Of a stretch of DNA of 64,000 nucleotides, positions 31,873 to 40,512 are shown piece after piece. Below the pieces are notes generated by a model. It saw only the letters and a program-made list of their open reading frames with translations, was not told the DNA's origin and searched no databases. The DNA is from Candidatus Zixiibacteriota bacterium (GTDB lineage: Bacteria; Zixibacteria; MSB-5A5; UBA10806; 4484-95), in assembly GCA_037441845.1 (NCBI GenBank), contig JBBIRK010000005.1, positions 128,001-192,000 on the forward strand, given 5' to 3'. Both the position numbers and the translations under genes were made by a program. Numbering within the stretch: position 1 is the stretch's first letter; each line of letters begins with the position of its first letter.

Positions 31873-33417
31873 TCATCTGTGCATCGCCGACATCAACAAC
31901 CGTTTGATATCGAGCCCGCTGATATTGAACAGCGAATCAGTCAGCACCGCGGAAGGTATCGTGAGGATCCCTACGCCTGCCAGCAAAATTATTCTGGAAC
32001 CGGGAAAGACGATCTCCCCGACTTTAGACAGCACGAGAATAACGACCGATAATGTAATACCAGCCGTAATACACCTCAGCATAAAAGCGAAATCCGCATG
32101 TGAATATTTCAGCCCGTGCCTGAAAATCAACGTCGTCTCCATCAAAATAAACGAAAACACGAACATCGCCACGGTTCCACCGGCCAGCGCCAAAGCCCAA
32201 TTGAGGTCGATGAATAAGAATGCGAATGCGATTTTCACCGCAAACGAGATAGCGCGGAACCCCAGAAGTTCGCGCATTTTGTTCATTGCGTAATATACGC
32301 GCGATTGAATGAAATAGGCCGAGGCGAAGAACAGTCCGGCAAAATAATACCTAAGCGCTTTCACGGTTATGTCGGTGGAGTAACTATCGAATCTGCCGCG
32401 CTGAAATATCAATTCGATAATCGGCCTGCTGAAAATAAGGCAAAAGACGGTTACCGGAATCAGCAGCGCGGCGCTGATACTTATGGCTCGATGATAAAGC
32501 ATAGCTTGTTTGGTTCGATCGCCGCTTCTGGCGGCCTCTGCCAATGATGGAAAGATAGCGGCGCCAAGCGATAATACCAAGACTCGGAACGGCATCTGGC
32601 TGACCATGCCTGCGTAGTAAATCGCCGAAACGAAACCGGCCTCCAAATAAAGTCCGCCGAAATACCGATCGAACGGATCGACCGCCATCCAAATGCTTTC
32701 GATCAATATACTTCCGCCCAGAAGAATCGGGAACGAGACTCCGGAATCGGCATGCGTCTTCGATTCGACTTCGCTGTTCCGACAGATGAAATAGGCGGGA
32801 ATCATCACCAATAACATCTCCACGAGCGTCCCTAATATCAACGCCAGCACGTATGCTGTTGGACCCAATATCGGGAAAAACGCAATCAAAATGGCGATAA
32901 TCACGATATTGAAACCGATCGACGAATAAGCCGGAGCCACGAAATGGAAATTCGCCTGCAACTGGCTGGTGAAAACGGCCTGCAACGCCCGGATCGGAAT
33001 CAGCACGCAGAATAAATGCCCGAAGAATACGACCGTTTGTTTTTGTCCACTATCCAAACCTCGGGCGATCAGTTCAACCGCCATCGGGATCAACAGATAT
33101 ATCCCAGCCGCGGTCAACAAAGAGATTAAAAGGTTGGTGGTCACGAAAGACGATCGAAAAAAGCCGAGATTGGATCGGTTCGCTTTACCGGCTTGCAGAT
33201 AGGGGATTCCCGCGGAAGGCAAAGACATCAAAAAAATCGCCCCCACCATTGCCGGCAATGCCAGCGCGATCAGGATCGAATCGTACTCGACGCTGGTGCC
33301 GAGTTCGCTGGCAATCACCGATTCCCGAATCATGCCGAATAACTGAGAGACTATGGTAAAAAAAGAAATAAGCACCGATGCCTGTACGAAATTCTGCTTG
33401 GTGAAATTGAGTTTCAT
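31873..33417 (-). CDS. MurJ/MviN-like lipid-linked glycan flippase
   Basis: GMIRESVIA, ELIFQRGRFD, many TM segments. Confidence 0.85.
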   Translation of the reverse strand: MKLNFTKQNFVQASVLISFFTIVSQLFGMIRESVIASELGTSVEYDSILIALALPAMVGAIFLMSLPSAGIPYLQAGKANRSNLGFFRSSFVTTNLLISLLTAAGIYLLIPMAVELIARGLDSGQKQTVVFFGHLFCVLIPIRALQAVFTSQLQANFHFVAPAYSSIGFNIVIIAILIAFFPILGPTAYVLALILGTLVEMLLVMIPAYFICRNSEVESKTHADSGVSFPILLGGSILIESIWMAVDPFDRYFGGLYLEAGFVSAIYYAGMVSQMPFRVLVLSLGAAIFPSLAEAARSGDRTKQAMLYHRAISISAALLIPVTVFCLIFSRPIIELIFQRGRFDSYSTDITVKALRYYFAGLFFASAYFIQSRVYYAMNKMRELLGFRAISFAVKIAFAFLFIDLNWALALAGGTVAMFVFSFILMETTLIFRHGLKYSHADFAFMLRCITAGITLSVVILVLSKVGEIVFPGSRIILLAGVGILTIPSAVLTDSLFNISGLDIKRLLMSAMHR

Positions 33418-33431
33418 GGCCGGCTAAGCAA

Positions 33432-34499
33432 TCAGACCAAATTCTGCAAAATGAGTTCAGCTATCGACGGCGCCGCTTGGCGGAAATAATCGGGGCCTGG
33501 CGAAAAGCGACCTCGCCATTCGAAATCAGCCGGCGGCAAATTCGCGCCGCCGCAAACCACCGAACCACATTCGACGAGTTCTATCCATTCGGTTTCCTCG
33601 CGCAAGAGCCACGTTCTCTTGCCGAAATAGGCCGATTCGCGCTGCAAACCGCCCGAATCCGTAATGATTCCCAACGCCATCTGAGTGAGGCCCAGGCTTT
33701 CCACGACCCCGATCGGTTGGCTTAATTTGACATTGGCGATCGCCGACAGGCGGTCGTAAAGGCCGTTCTCGATCAAATTTTTCCGGGTACGCGGATGAAC
33801 CGGGAAAAATACTTTTGCGGGAAGACGATGAAGATCGTCCACCAGCTTGGCCAAAAATTCGGGGTTGTCAACATTGCCGGCACGATGGGCGGTCAAATAG
33901 AAGAATTCATCGGGTCGTAGCTCGTATCTTTCCGCGATTTCGGCGGATGATTCAGGCGAGGGTTTGATCTTCTCGACGAGATCGTAGAGAATATCACCTG
34001 TGAGAAAAACCCCCTCAGCGATCCCTTCGATTTCGAGATTACGAACCGAGGAGCGTGTCGGGCAACAAAGCAGATCCGATAGTCTGTCGGTCAGCACTCT
34101 ATTGATCTGTTCGGGTATCCGTTTGTCTTTCGATCTCAAACCGGCCTCGATGTGAACCAGCGGAAGATTTTTTTGAGCCGCCGCAAGGGCGCCGGCGAGA
34201 GTACTGTTCGTATCGCCGATCACGATAACCCCGGTCGGGTTTTCTCTGGCGAACACCTTGTCAAGCTCGATCAACATCCCGGCGGTTTGTACAGTATTAT
34301 TGGCAGATCCGACGCCGAGAAAATAGTCGGGCCGAGGCAATCGCAACTGCTCGAAAAACAATTCCGACATTTCGAAATCGTAATGCTGCCCCGTATGAAT
34401 AATTATCAAGTGGACCTTTCCCCGTAGAATTTCGAAAAACGGGGATAGTTTTATGAATTGCGGTCGGGCGCCGACGACAACTGCAAGTTTGCTGCTCAC
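33432..34499 (-). CDS. wecB: UDP-GlcNAc(3NAcA) 2-epimerase (WecB/WbpI-like)
   Basis: VGARPQFIK, HTGQHYD, GDTNST, HIEAGLRS, TDSGGLQ; GTG start overlaps the upstream stop. Confidence 0.9.
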   Translation of the reverse strand: MSSKLAVVVGARPQFIKLSPFFEILRGKVHLIIIHTGQHYDFEMSELFFEQLRLPRPDYFLGVGSANNTVQTAGMLIELDKVFARENPTGVIVIGDTNSTLAGALAAAQKNLPLVHIEAGLRSKDKRIPEQINRVLTDRLSDLLCCPTRSSVRNLEIEGIAEGVFLTGDILYDLVEKIKPSPESSAEIAERYELRPDEFFYLTAHRAGNVDNPEFLAKLVDDLHRLPAKVFFPVHPRTRKNLIENGLYDRLSAIANVKLSQPIGVVESLGLTQMALGIITDSGGLQRESAYFGKRTWLLREETEWIELVECGSVVCGGANLPPADFEWRGRFSPGPDYFRQAAPSIAELILQNLV

Positions 34500-35602
34500 C
34501 TCCGATAAAATCCTTTTATCGTTTCGATCACATACGCCTGATGCGATTCGGGCATCTCCGGATAAATGGGTAGCGAAATCACTTTCTGCGAAAGCCTTTC
34601 GCAAACCGGCAGGTCGCCGAGCTTATAGCCGAGATCTTTATAACATTCCTGCAAATGCAGCGGTAAAGGATAATAGGTGTCGAAACCGATTTCTTTTTCT
34701 TTAAGGCAGGCCGCAAGTTTATCCCGATTTTCCACGATCAGCGTGTATTGATGATAAATGTGATAATTATGATCATAGACGAACGGCGTTTTCACGCCAT
34801 CGACACCGCCGAGTTCGGAATCGTAGATGCGAGCTTTCTCGCGGCGTCTTTCGTGCCATCGATTCAAATGATCCAGCTTGACCATCAATACGGCGGCCTG
34901 AATGGTATCCAAACGGCTGTTATATCCCACCATTTGATGATAATATTTCGGCTGAGATCCATGCACTCTGAGCTTGCGAAGTTTTTCCACGAGGACGTCG
35001 TCGCTTGTGGTTATGAATCCGGCATCACCATAGGCACCCAGATTCTTGCTCGGAAAACACGAAAAGCCGCCGGTGACGCCGATGCTCCCTGCAAGACGAT
35101 CGAAATACTTCGCGCCGATAGCCTGAGCCGCATCCTCGACTACCGGCAGATTGTAATGACCGGCGATTTCCAATATCTTGTCCATCCAAGCCATCTGCCC
35201 ATACAGATGGACCGGCATAATCGCTTTCGTGCGCTTGTTTATTTTTTCTTCTATTTGATTGGCGTTTATATTAAATGTCCGCTCGTCTGTGTCCACGAAT
35301 ACCGGTCTGGCGCCGAGACGTGAAATGACGCCTGCGGTCGCAAAAAATGTGAATGCCGAGGTGATTACTTCATCTCCCGGGCCGACTCCGAGGGCGCGCA
35401 ATGATAAAAGCAAGGCATCAGTTCCGGAAGCGACACCGACCGCGTATTTGGTGTGGCAATAGGCGGCCAATTTTTGCTCCAACAGACCGACTTCGGGACC
35501 CATTATGAATTTGCAATGATTTAGAACCGCCGCTATTGCGCTGTCGATTTCATTCTTGATCGACTCATACTGCGGCTTCAAATCTAAAAGTGGAACTTTC
35601 AT
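34496..35602 (-). CDS. DegT/DnrJ/EryC1 aminotransferase (WbpE-like)
   Basis: SGTDAL, PVHLYGQ, EDAAQA, FPSKNLG, NSRLD. Confidence 0.93.
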   Translation of the reverse strand: MKVPLLDLKPQYESIKNEIDSAIAAVLNHCKFIMGPEVGLLEQKLAAYCHTKYAVGVASGTDALLLSLRALGVGPGDEVITSAFTFFATAGVISRLGARPVFVDTDERTFNINANQIEEKINKRTKAIMPVHLYGQMAWMDKILEIAGHYNLPVVEDAAQAIGAKYFDRLAGSIGVTGGFSCFPSKNLGAYGDAGFITTSDDVLVEKLRKLRVHGSQPKYYHQMVGYNSRLDTIQAAVLMVKLDHLNRWHERRREKARIYDSELGGVDGVKTPFVYDHNYHIYHQYTLIVENRDKLAACLKEKEIGFDTYYPLPLHLQECYKDLGYKLGDLPVCERLSQKVISLPIYPEMPESHQAYVIETIKGFYRR

Positions 35603-35605
35603 GGC

Positions 35606-36373
35606 TTACTCCCAACCCTGATTTTCGAGCAACTGTTCGACCGGAACGTCCCTGAATTCTTTAGCCGGCACTCCGGCCATTATTTTACGCGGGGGCGTAT
35701 CCGATGTAATCAAAGCGCCGGCGGCGACAAGGCAATCCTCGCCGATCGTTTTGCCGGGCAAAATAACCGCTCCCACACCGATCCGGCCGCCCTTTTTTAC
35801 GGTGACACCTTTGAAATACTTGAACCTTTCTTTGGTTCTGCCGACGAAATTGTCATTGGAGGTTGCCACACAGGGGGCCATGAACACTCGATCTTCGATT
35901 TTCGAGTAAGCGGTCACGTAGACATTCGTTTCGAGCTTGCAGTAGTTTCCTATTTCGCAGAAATTCTCGATCGTGACACCCCGCCCGACGATCGTGAAAT
36001 TTCCCACGGTCACGTTTTCGCGAACCGAGGATAGATCCGCGACCAGAACCTTGTTACCGATTTTACAGCCTCGATAAATCACCACCGAGGTTCCGATTAT
36101 GCAATTATCACCGATCACCAGCGGAGGCAGCTCTTGTTCTTTGGTGGTGGCGCTCTGGGCTGCCTTCATCGGCGATTTACCCAGGACCGCATGATCATCG
36201 ATACGGACCGCCGCCCCGATCCGACTGTCATCGTGGATTATCACTCCATTGCCTATAACGCAACCCGGGCCTATATAGACGTTCTTGCCGATAACGCAAT
36301 ATTCGCCTATTATGGTGTCTTTGCCTATACTGGCGGATTTGTCAACTATGCTCGACATATGACTCCTATTCAT
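35606..36373 (-). CDS. Hexapeptide-repeat N-acetyltransferase (WbpD-like)
   Basis: Extensive IGxxxx left-handed beta-helix repeats, SND motif, GVPAK. Confidence 0.88.
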   Translation of the reverse strand: MNRSHMSSIVDKSASIGKDTIIGEYCVIGKNVYIGPGCVIGNGVIIHDDSRIGAAVRIDDHAVLGKSPMKAAQSATTKEQELPPLVIGDNCIIGTSVVIYRGCKIGNKVLVADLSSVRENVTVGNFTIVGRGVTIENFCEIGNYCKLETNVYVTAYSKIEDRVFMAPCVATSNDNFVGRTKERFKYFKGVTVKKGGRIGVGAVILPGKTIGEDCLVAAGALITSDTPPRKIMAGVPAKEFRDVPVEQLLENQGWE

Positions 36374-37395
36374 TTCGGCGGGGGAATCGCAACGGGGATA
36401 CCGCCCTGGTCAAGCGATGCCTGCGCCGCCTGCAAAACGTTAAGCACTCGCAGCCCGTCTCGGCCGTCGGAAATCGGCGTTGTTCTGTGAATAATGCAAT
36501 CGAGAAAATGCCGGCATTCAGCCTGCAGCGGTTCGCCGCCTTGAATGCGCGGCAGGACTATATCCCCGATACGCAAACCAAGATATTCGCCGAATGTAGA
36601 ATAATCGAGACGACTGTTCACACCTCTGTCATAAAGCCAGATTTTCTCGCTGGCCTCGGTATCATCGAAAACGGCCATTTTTTTCGAACCAACTATGGTC
36701 AATTTACGCTCTTTGTGAGGATCAAGCCAGCTCACGTGGACATGAGCCATCTTGCCATCGGCGAAATGCAATGTCATGAACGTGACATCCTCGATATGGT
36801 CTTGCAAATACGATGCGCCGGTGGCGTTCACCCGGCAAGGCATATCATCCAGCAGGTAAAGCATCAATGAAATATCGTGCGGAGCGAAACTCCATAGGCT
36901 GTTTTCGCAATCACGCACTTTGCCGAGATTGATTCTTTGCGAATAAAGGTAGTAAATCTTTCCCAGCTCTCCGTTGACGATATATTTTTTAAGAAGCGTT
37001 GTCGCCGGGTGATGAAGCATTATGTGTCCCACCATCAATATCCGGCCCAGTTTTTCGGCCATTTCGACCAACTGCAATCCGTCAGCCGGATCAAGCACGA
37101 AAGGTTTTTCCACGAACACGTCCTTGCCGGCCTCAAGCGCGCTCTTGGCCATTTCGAAATGAAGCGCCGGCGGCGTGGCGATCACCACCGCTTTTATGGC
37201 TGAGTCATCGAGAATGTCATCGTATTTATCGCTGAACTTTATCCCGGGATAACTTTCGGATAGTTTGCCGAGAACCGCGGCGTTGGTATCGCAGGCGGTT
37301 TTCACCCGGCATCGCCCCAACCCGGCGAAATTGCGCAAGAGATTCTTGCCCCAATCACCAAGCCCCACCTGGCCGATTTCAATTATATCAGCCAT
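36370..37395 (-). CDS. Gfo/Idh/MocA oxidoreductase (WbpB/WlbA-like)
   Basis: GLGDWG, FVEKP, MVGH, FAPHD, SWLDPHKER. Confidence 0.9.
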   Translation of the reverse strand: MADIIEIGQVGLGDWGKNLLRNFAGLGRCRVKTACDTNAAVLGKLSESYPGIKFSDKYDDILDDSAIKAVVIATPPALHFEMAKSALEAGKDVFVEKPFVLDPADGLQLVEMAEKLGRILMVGHIMLHHPATTLLKKYIVNGELGKIYYLYSQRINLGKVRDCENSLWSFAPHDISLMLYLLDDMPCRVNATGASYLQDHIEDVTFMTLHFADGKMAHVHVSWLDPHKERKLTIVGSKKMAVFDDTEASEKIWLYDRGVNSRLDYSTFGEYLGLRIGDIVLPRIQGGEPLQAECRHFLDCIIHRTTPISDGRDGLRVLNVLQAAQASLDQGGIPVAIPPPK

Positions 37396-38638
37396 TGCGT
37401 TTGTTTCGGCTGCGATTCAGAAACGTCCGTACAGCCAGAAAGTCTTGGCCCGCGAGCTCGGCCAACTTTTCCAATTGACGATAGGTTTCGCTGCCGGCGT
37501 TCTTATGTCTTTCGACGAATTCACTGATGAAGGCGATTACCGAAGTAAGGGCGATGCTGAGAAAGCCGGCCATCAAAGCCATAATAACTCTTCGGGGACC
37601 GCTCTTTTTTTCGGGCGGCCGCGGAGGATCGAGTACCTGAATCGTCGGCGTGTCTTTCTTTTCTTGGATTTTCGCTTGTTCGTACTGCTGGGTTAACAGC
37701 TCGAACACGGTCGATTGAATTTTAAGCTCTCGGGTAAGGCGGGCAAGTTCAAGCCCCACATTGGGAGCTTCCGAAACCGGTATGGACATGGCGTCGTAGG
37801 AGGAGTCGGCGGGTCCTTCCTCAAGCAGACTTATCTGCCGCTTAATCTCTTGAATTTTAGCTTCCTGTTGTCTAACGCTCGTATGCGACGGTAGGAAAGT
37901 CCGCTTCAAAACACCTGCTTCGATCTCAGCAAGAACCAATTGCCCTTTCAATTCGGCTATATTGCCGATAATAGCTTTCATCTGTTCGTCAAGTGCAACC
38001 GCTTTATGTTCCTCTTGAAATTTGCGATAATCCTCCTCGGCGCGGGCAAGCTCGTTCCTTGTCTGTTCAAGCCTTTCCTCGACGAATTTCCGAGTGGCGG
38101 TGGCCTGAGCCGCATTAGCCTCGCTGGATACTTTATTCAATTCGGCGATTATCGTTTCGAGAATAGCCGCTGCTGCAATCGGATCGCGATCCTCGAAAGA
38201 AGCTTTCAGCATGCCGTTAGGCTCCACCGCCACGCCCAAATGACCGGCGAAAATATCCAGCGCCTTTTCCGTGGATGTGACTCCATATTTTTGCATGAGG
38301 TTATGTTTAATCACCACTCTTTCGGCAACGGTTCTGCTTTTTAGAATTGCCCCGTAAAGATCGGACGGCGTGGCGAACGTGGGCAATGCCATGCTAAATC
38401 CACTCGATAATCCCCCTATGCCCGCACCTAGCAGCGAGGCTATACCGGCGCTTGTATCACGTTGCGGTGGGAAAAGAGTCGCCCTGGCCATGTAGTTATT
38501 GGGCAAAAACAGCGAAACCAAAAAGGTAAAAGCGGAAGTCGCCAAGAAAGACACGAATAAAATCCGGCGCCAGCGCATGAACACCAAGATGATATTCCAA
38601 AATACGCCTGTTTGTCCGGTTCCATCAGGCATATACAA
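37388..38638 (-). CDS. Polysaccharide chain-length regulator (Wzz/GumC family)
   Basis: Two TMs flanking a coiled coil, ILKSRT, QVLDPPRPPEKKSGP. Confidence 0.87.
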   Translation of the reverse strand: MYMPDGTGQTGVFWNIILVFMRWRRILFVSFLATSAFTFLVSLFLPNNYMARATLFPPQRDTSAGIASLLGAGIGGLSSGFSMALPTFATPSDLYGAILKSRTVAERVVIKHNLMQKYGVTSTEKALDIFAGHLGVAVEPNGMLKASFEDRDPIAAAAILETIIAELNKVSSEANAAQATATRKFVEERLEQTRNELARAEEDYRKFQEEHKAVALDEQMKAIIGNIAELKGQLVLAEIEAGVLKRTFLPSHTSVRQQEAKIQEIKRQISLLEEGPADSSYDAMSIPVSEAPNVGLELARLTRELKIQSTVFELLTQQYEQAKIQEKKDTPTIQVLDPPRPPEKKSGPRRVIMALMAGFLSIALTSVIAFISEFVERHKNAGSETYRQLEKLAELAGQDFLAVRTFLNRSRNKRNG

Positions 38639-38640
38639 AC

Positions 38641-40326
38641 CTACTTGGTCGCTTCCTTGACCACCAAATACACTGTGGCCAGGTTTCCCGCAAAAACCAG
38701 CACATCCTTAATCGTGCCGATATAATTGACTTTCTTCTTCTCCGGCACGAGAATCGTATCGCCGGGATCCAATTTGCTCTTTTTGGACGCTTTCTGCCAT
38801 TCGCCGGTGACCCCTTTTATTATTTTTACTTGGGATTTTTTCGCTCGAAAGGAAAAGCCTCCGGCTAGTTCGATATAATCGAGGTAGTTGCGATTAGGAC
38901 TGTAACTTAACAGCCCGGGATTGGCCACTTCGCCGGAAACGTTTACGACCTCGCTGATTTTGGGAATCACGATAAAATCGCCGTCCCGCAATTTAATGTC
39001 GCCCCGGCCGGATCGGAATAACTCGGTGAAATTGACCGATACGCGCCCCGGCTTCTGCCTGGCCTTCATTTTGTAATATTCATACTCAAGTTCGGTCATG
39101 TCCTCGACCTGCATCGATTTGAGCCGTTCGAATTCGCGATCTTTGACTTCTTCAGAAGTATATCTAGTCATCTCCGCCTCGGCCAACGATGCAAGCTCGG
39201 TGAACCCACCCGCGAGCCTGATTACTTGCGAAAGGTAGGTGGATTCCGGCACGATAGAATAAAAGCCCGGACTTTTGACTTGGCCCAATATCAACACCAT
39301 CTGCTTATCGTGAAATTCCCGCTTGATCCCAATGAACACCCGATCATCGGGTTTAAGATGTAGGTCGGGCAATTCCCCCTTGAGTATTCGGCCGAGCGGA
39401 ACCTTAATCGATGATGTGGTTACGGCATCGGCATTAAACCGAACGATTTCCGAGCTCGATGAATCGGCATCCAGAGACAGCCCGTGTCCAAGCATGATCA
39501 GGTCTTTGAGAGAATCACGCGGAGAATATTCATAAAACCCGGGATTACGAACCCCGCCGAATATTCCGTAAAGATTAATTTTCTTCTCCCGCAAAGGAAC
39601 GAAAACCCGGTCGCCGTCGGCGAGGGTGAAGTTGTATCTCAAATCACCGAAAATTTCAAATCGCAGAACGTCCGCCGTATCGGTTCGGCCGTCCAGATGC
39701 GTTACCAGTATGTTTCTATGCGAGGCGACCCCGGGAGGCGGATAACCCCGATACTGCTCGCCGCTCATTAAACCAGCCGGTGATTCTTCCCCGATGAACC
39801 CTCCGGCAAGAGCGATGATTTCGGACACTCTGGTGACAGCGTTGGCGGCGACGACACCCGGAGATTTCACCGCCCCGCCTACATAAACCCTGAATTTCCG
39901 CAGGCCGGTCAAATCGGTCACCGCCTGAACATTTCGGTATCTTTGAAGCAGTTCATTTTCGAGCAGCCGCTTGGCTTCGGAAAGGCTCAACCCCGCTACG
40001 CTCACAGGTCCGATTGTCGGCAAAAGGACATTCCCCTCGGGGGTTATGGTCAAATCATACTGGGCCTGAACATTACCCCAAATGAATATGGTCAGGTCAT
40101 CGCCCGGGCCAAGGCGGTAATTCTCCGGGTCGATCGGACTATCCAACGGCAGATACTGTGAACCCTTGCGCTCAAGATTCAGCATCGCCGCTTTTTCAGC
40201 CAGATCGGATTGTTTTTCCTCGGCAAAAAGCAAGCTTGAAATCGAAATATTAAATAAGAACAATGATATAAATAACCGTAGACAGTTTAAGGTTTTTTGC
40301 CTTGAAAATTCGAATTTTATTTTCAA
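38641..40326 (-). CDS. Polysaccharide export protein with SLBB repeats (Wza/KpsD-like)
   Basis: YRLGPGD, LPTIGPVSVAGL, repeated GxVxxPG and LAGG. Confidence 0.88.
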   Translation of the reverse strand: MKIKFEFSRQKTLNCLRLFISLFLFNISISSLLFAEEKQSDLAEKAAMLNLERKGSQYLPLDSPIDPENYRLGPGDDLTIFIWGNVQAQYDLTITPEGNVLLPTIGPVSVAGLSLSEAKRLLENELLQRYRNVQAVTDLTGLRKFRVYVGGAVKSPGVVAANAVTRVSEIIALAGGFIGEESPAGLMSGEQYRGYPPPGVASHRNILVTHLDGRTDTADVLRFEIFGDLRYNFTLADGDRVFVPLREKKINLYGIFGGVRNPGFYEYSPRDSLKDLIMLGHGLSLDADSSSSEIVRFNADAVTTSSIKVPLGRILKGELPDLHLKPDDRVFIGIKREFHDKQMVLILGQVKSPGFYSIVPESTYLSQVIRLAGGFTELASLAEAEMTRYTSEEVKDREFERLKSMQVEDMTELEYEYYKMKARQKPGRVSVNFTELFRSGRGDIKLRDGDFIVIPKISEVVNVSGEVANPGLLSYSPNRNYLDYIELAGGFSFRAKKSQVKIIKGVTGEWQKASKKSKLDPGDTILVPEKKKVNYIGTIKDVLVFAGNLATVYLVVKEATK

Positions 40327-40383
40327 TTTTCCACCATTGACTTAATCAGGAAATTCAAGACGAATTTTTCACATCGAGTGCCT

Positions 40384-40411
40384 AATATAGATGGCGGACC
40401 GATATAGTCAA
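40384..40411 (-). promoter_or_regulatory. Sigma70-type promoter of the polysaccharide cluster
   Basis: TTGACT-N16-TATATT. Confidence 0.55.
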
Positions 40412-40512
40412 GACCTTTTGGCGAATCAAGAGCCTTTGCGATGCCATTCGGAAAGAGATTTCCGTCCGCGATTCGAAAACTTTTGGTCATTCGTGCGATT
40501 CCGTCACGAAAG

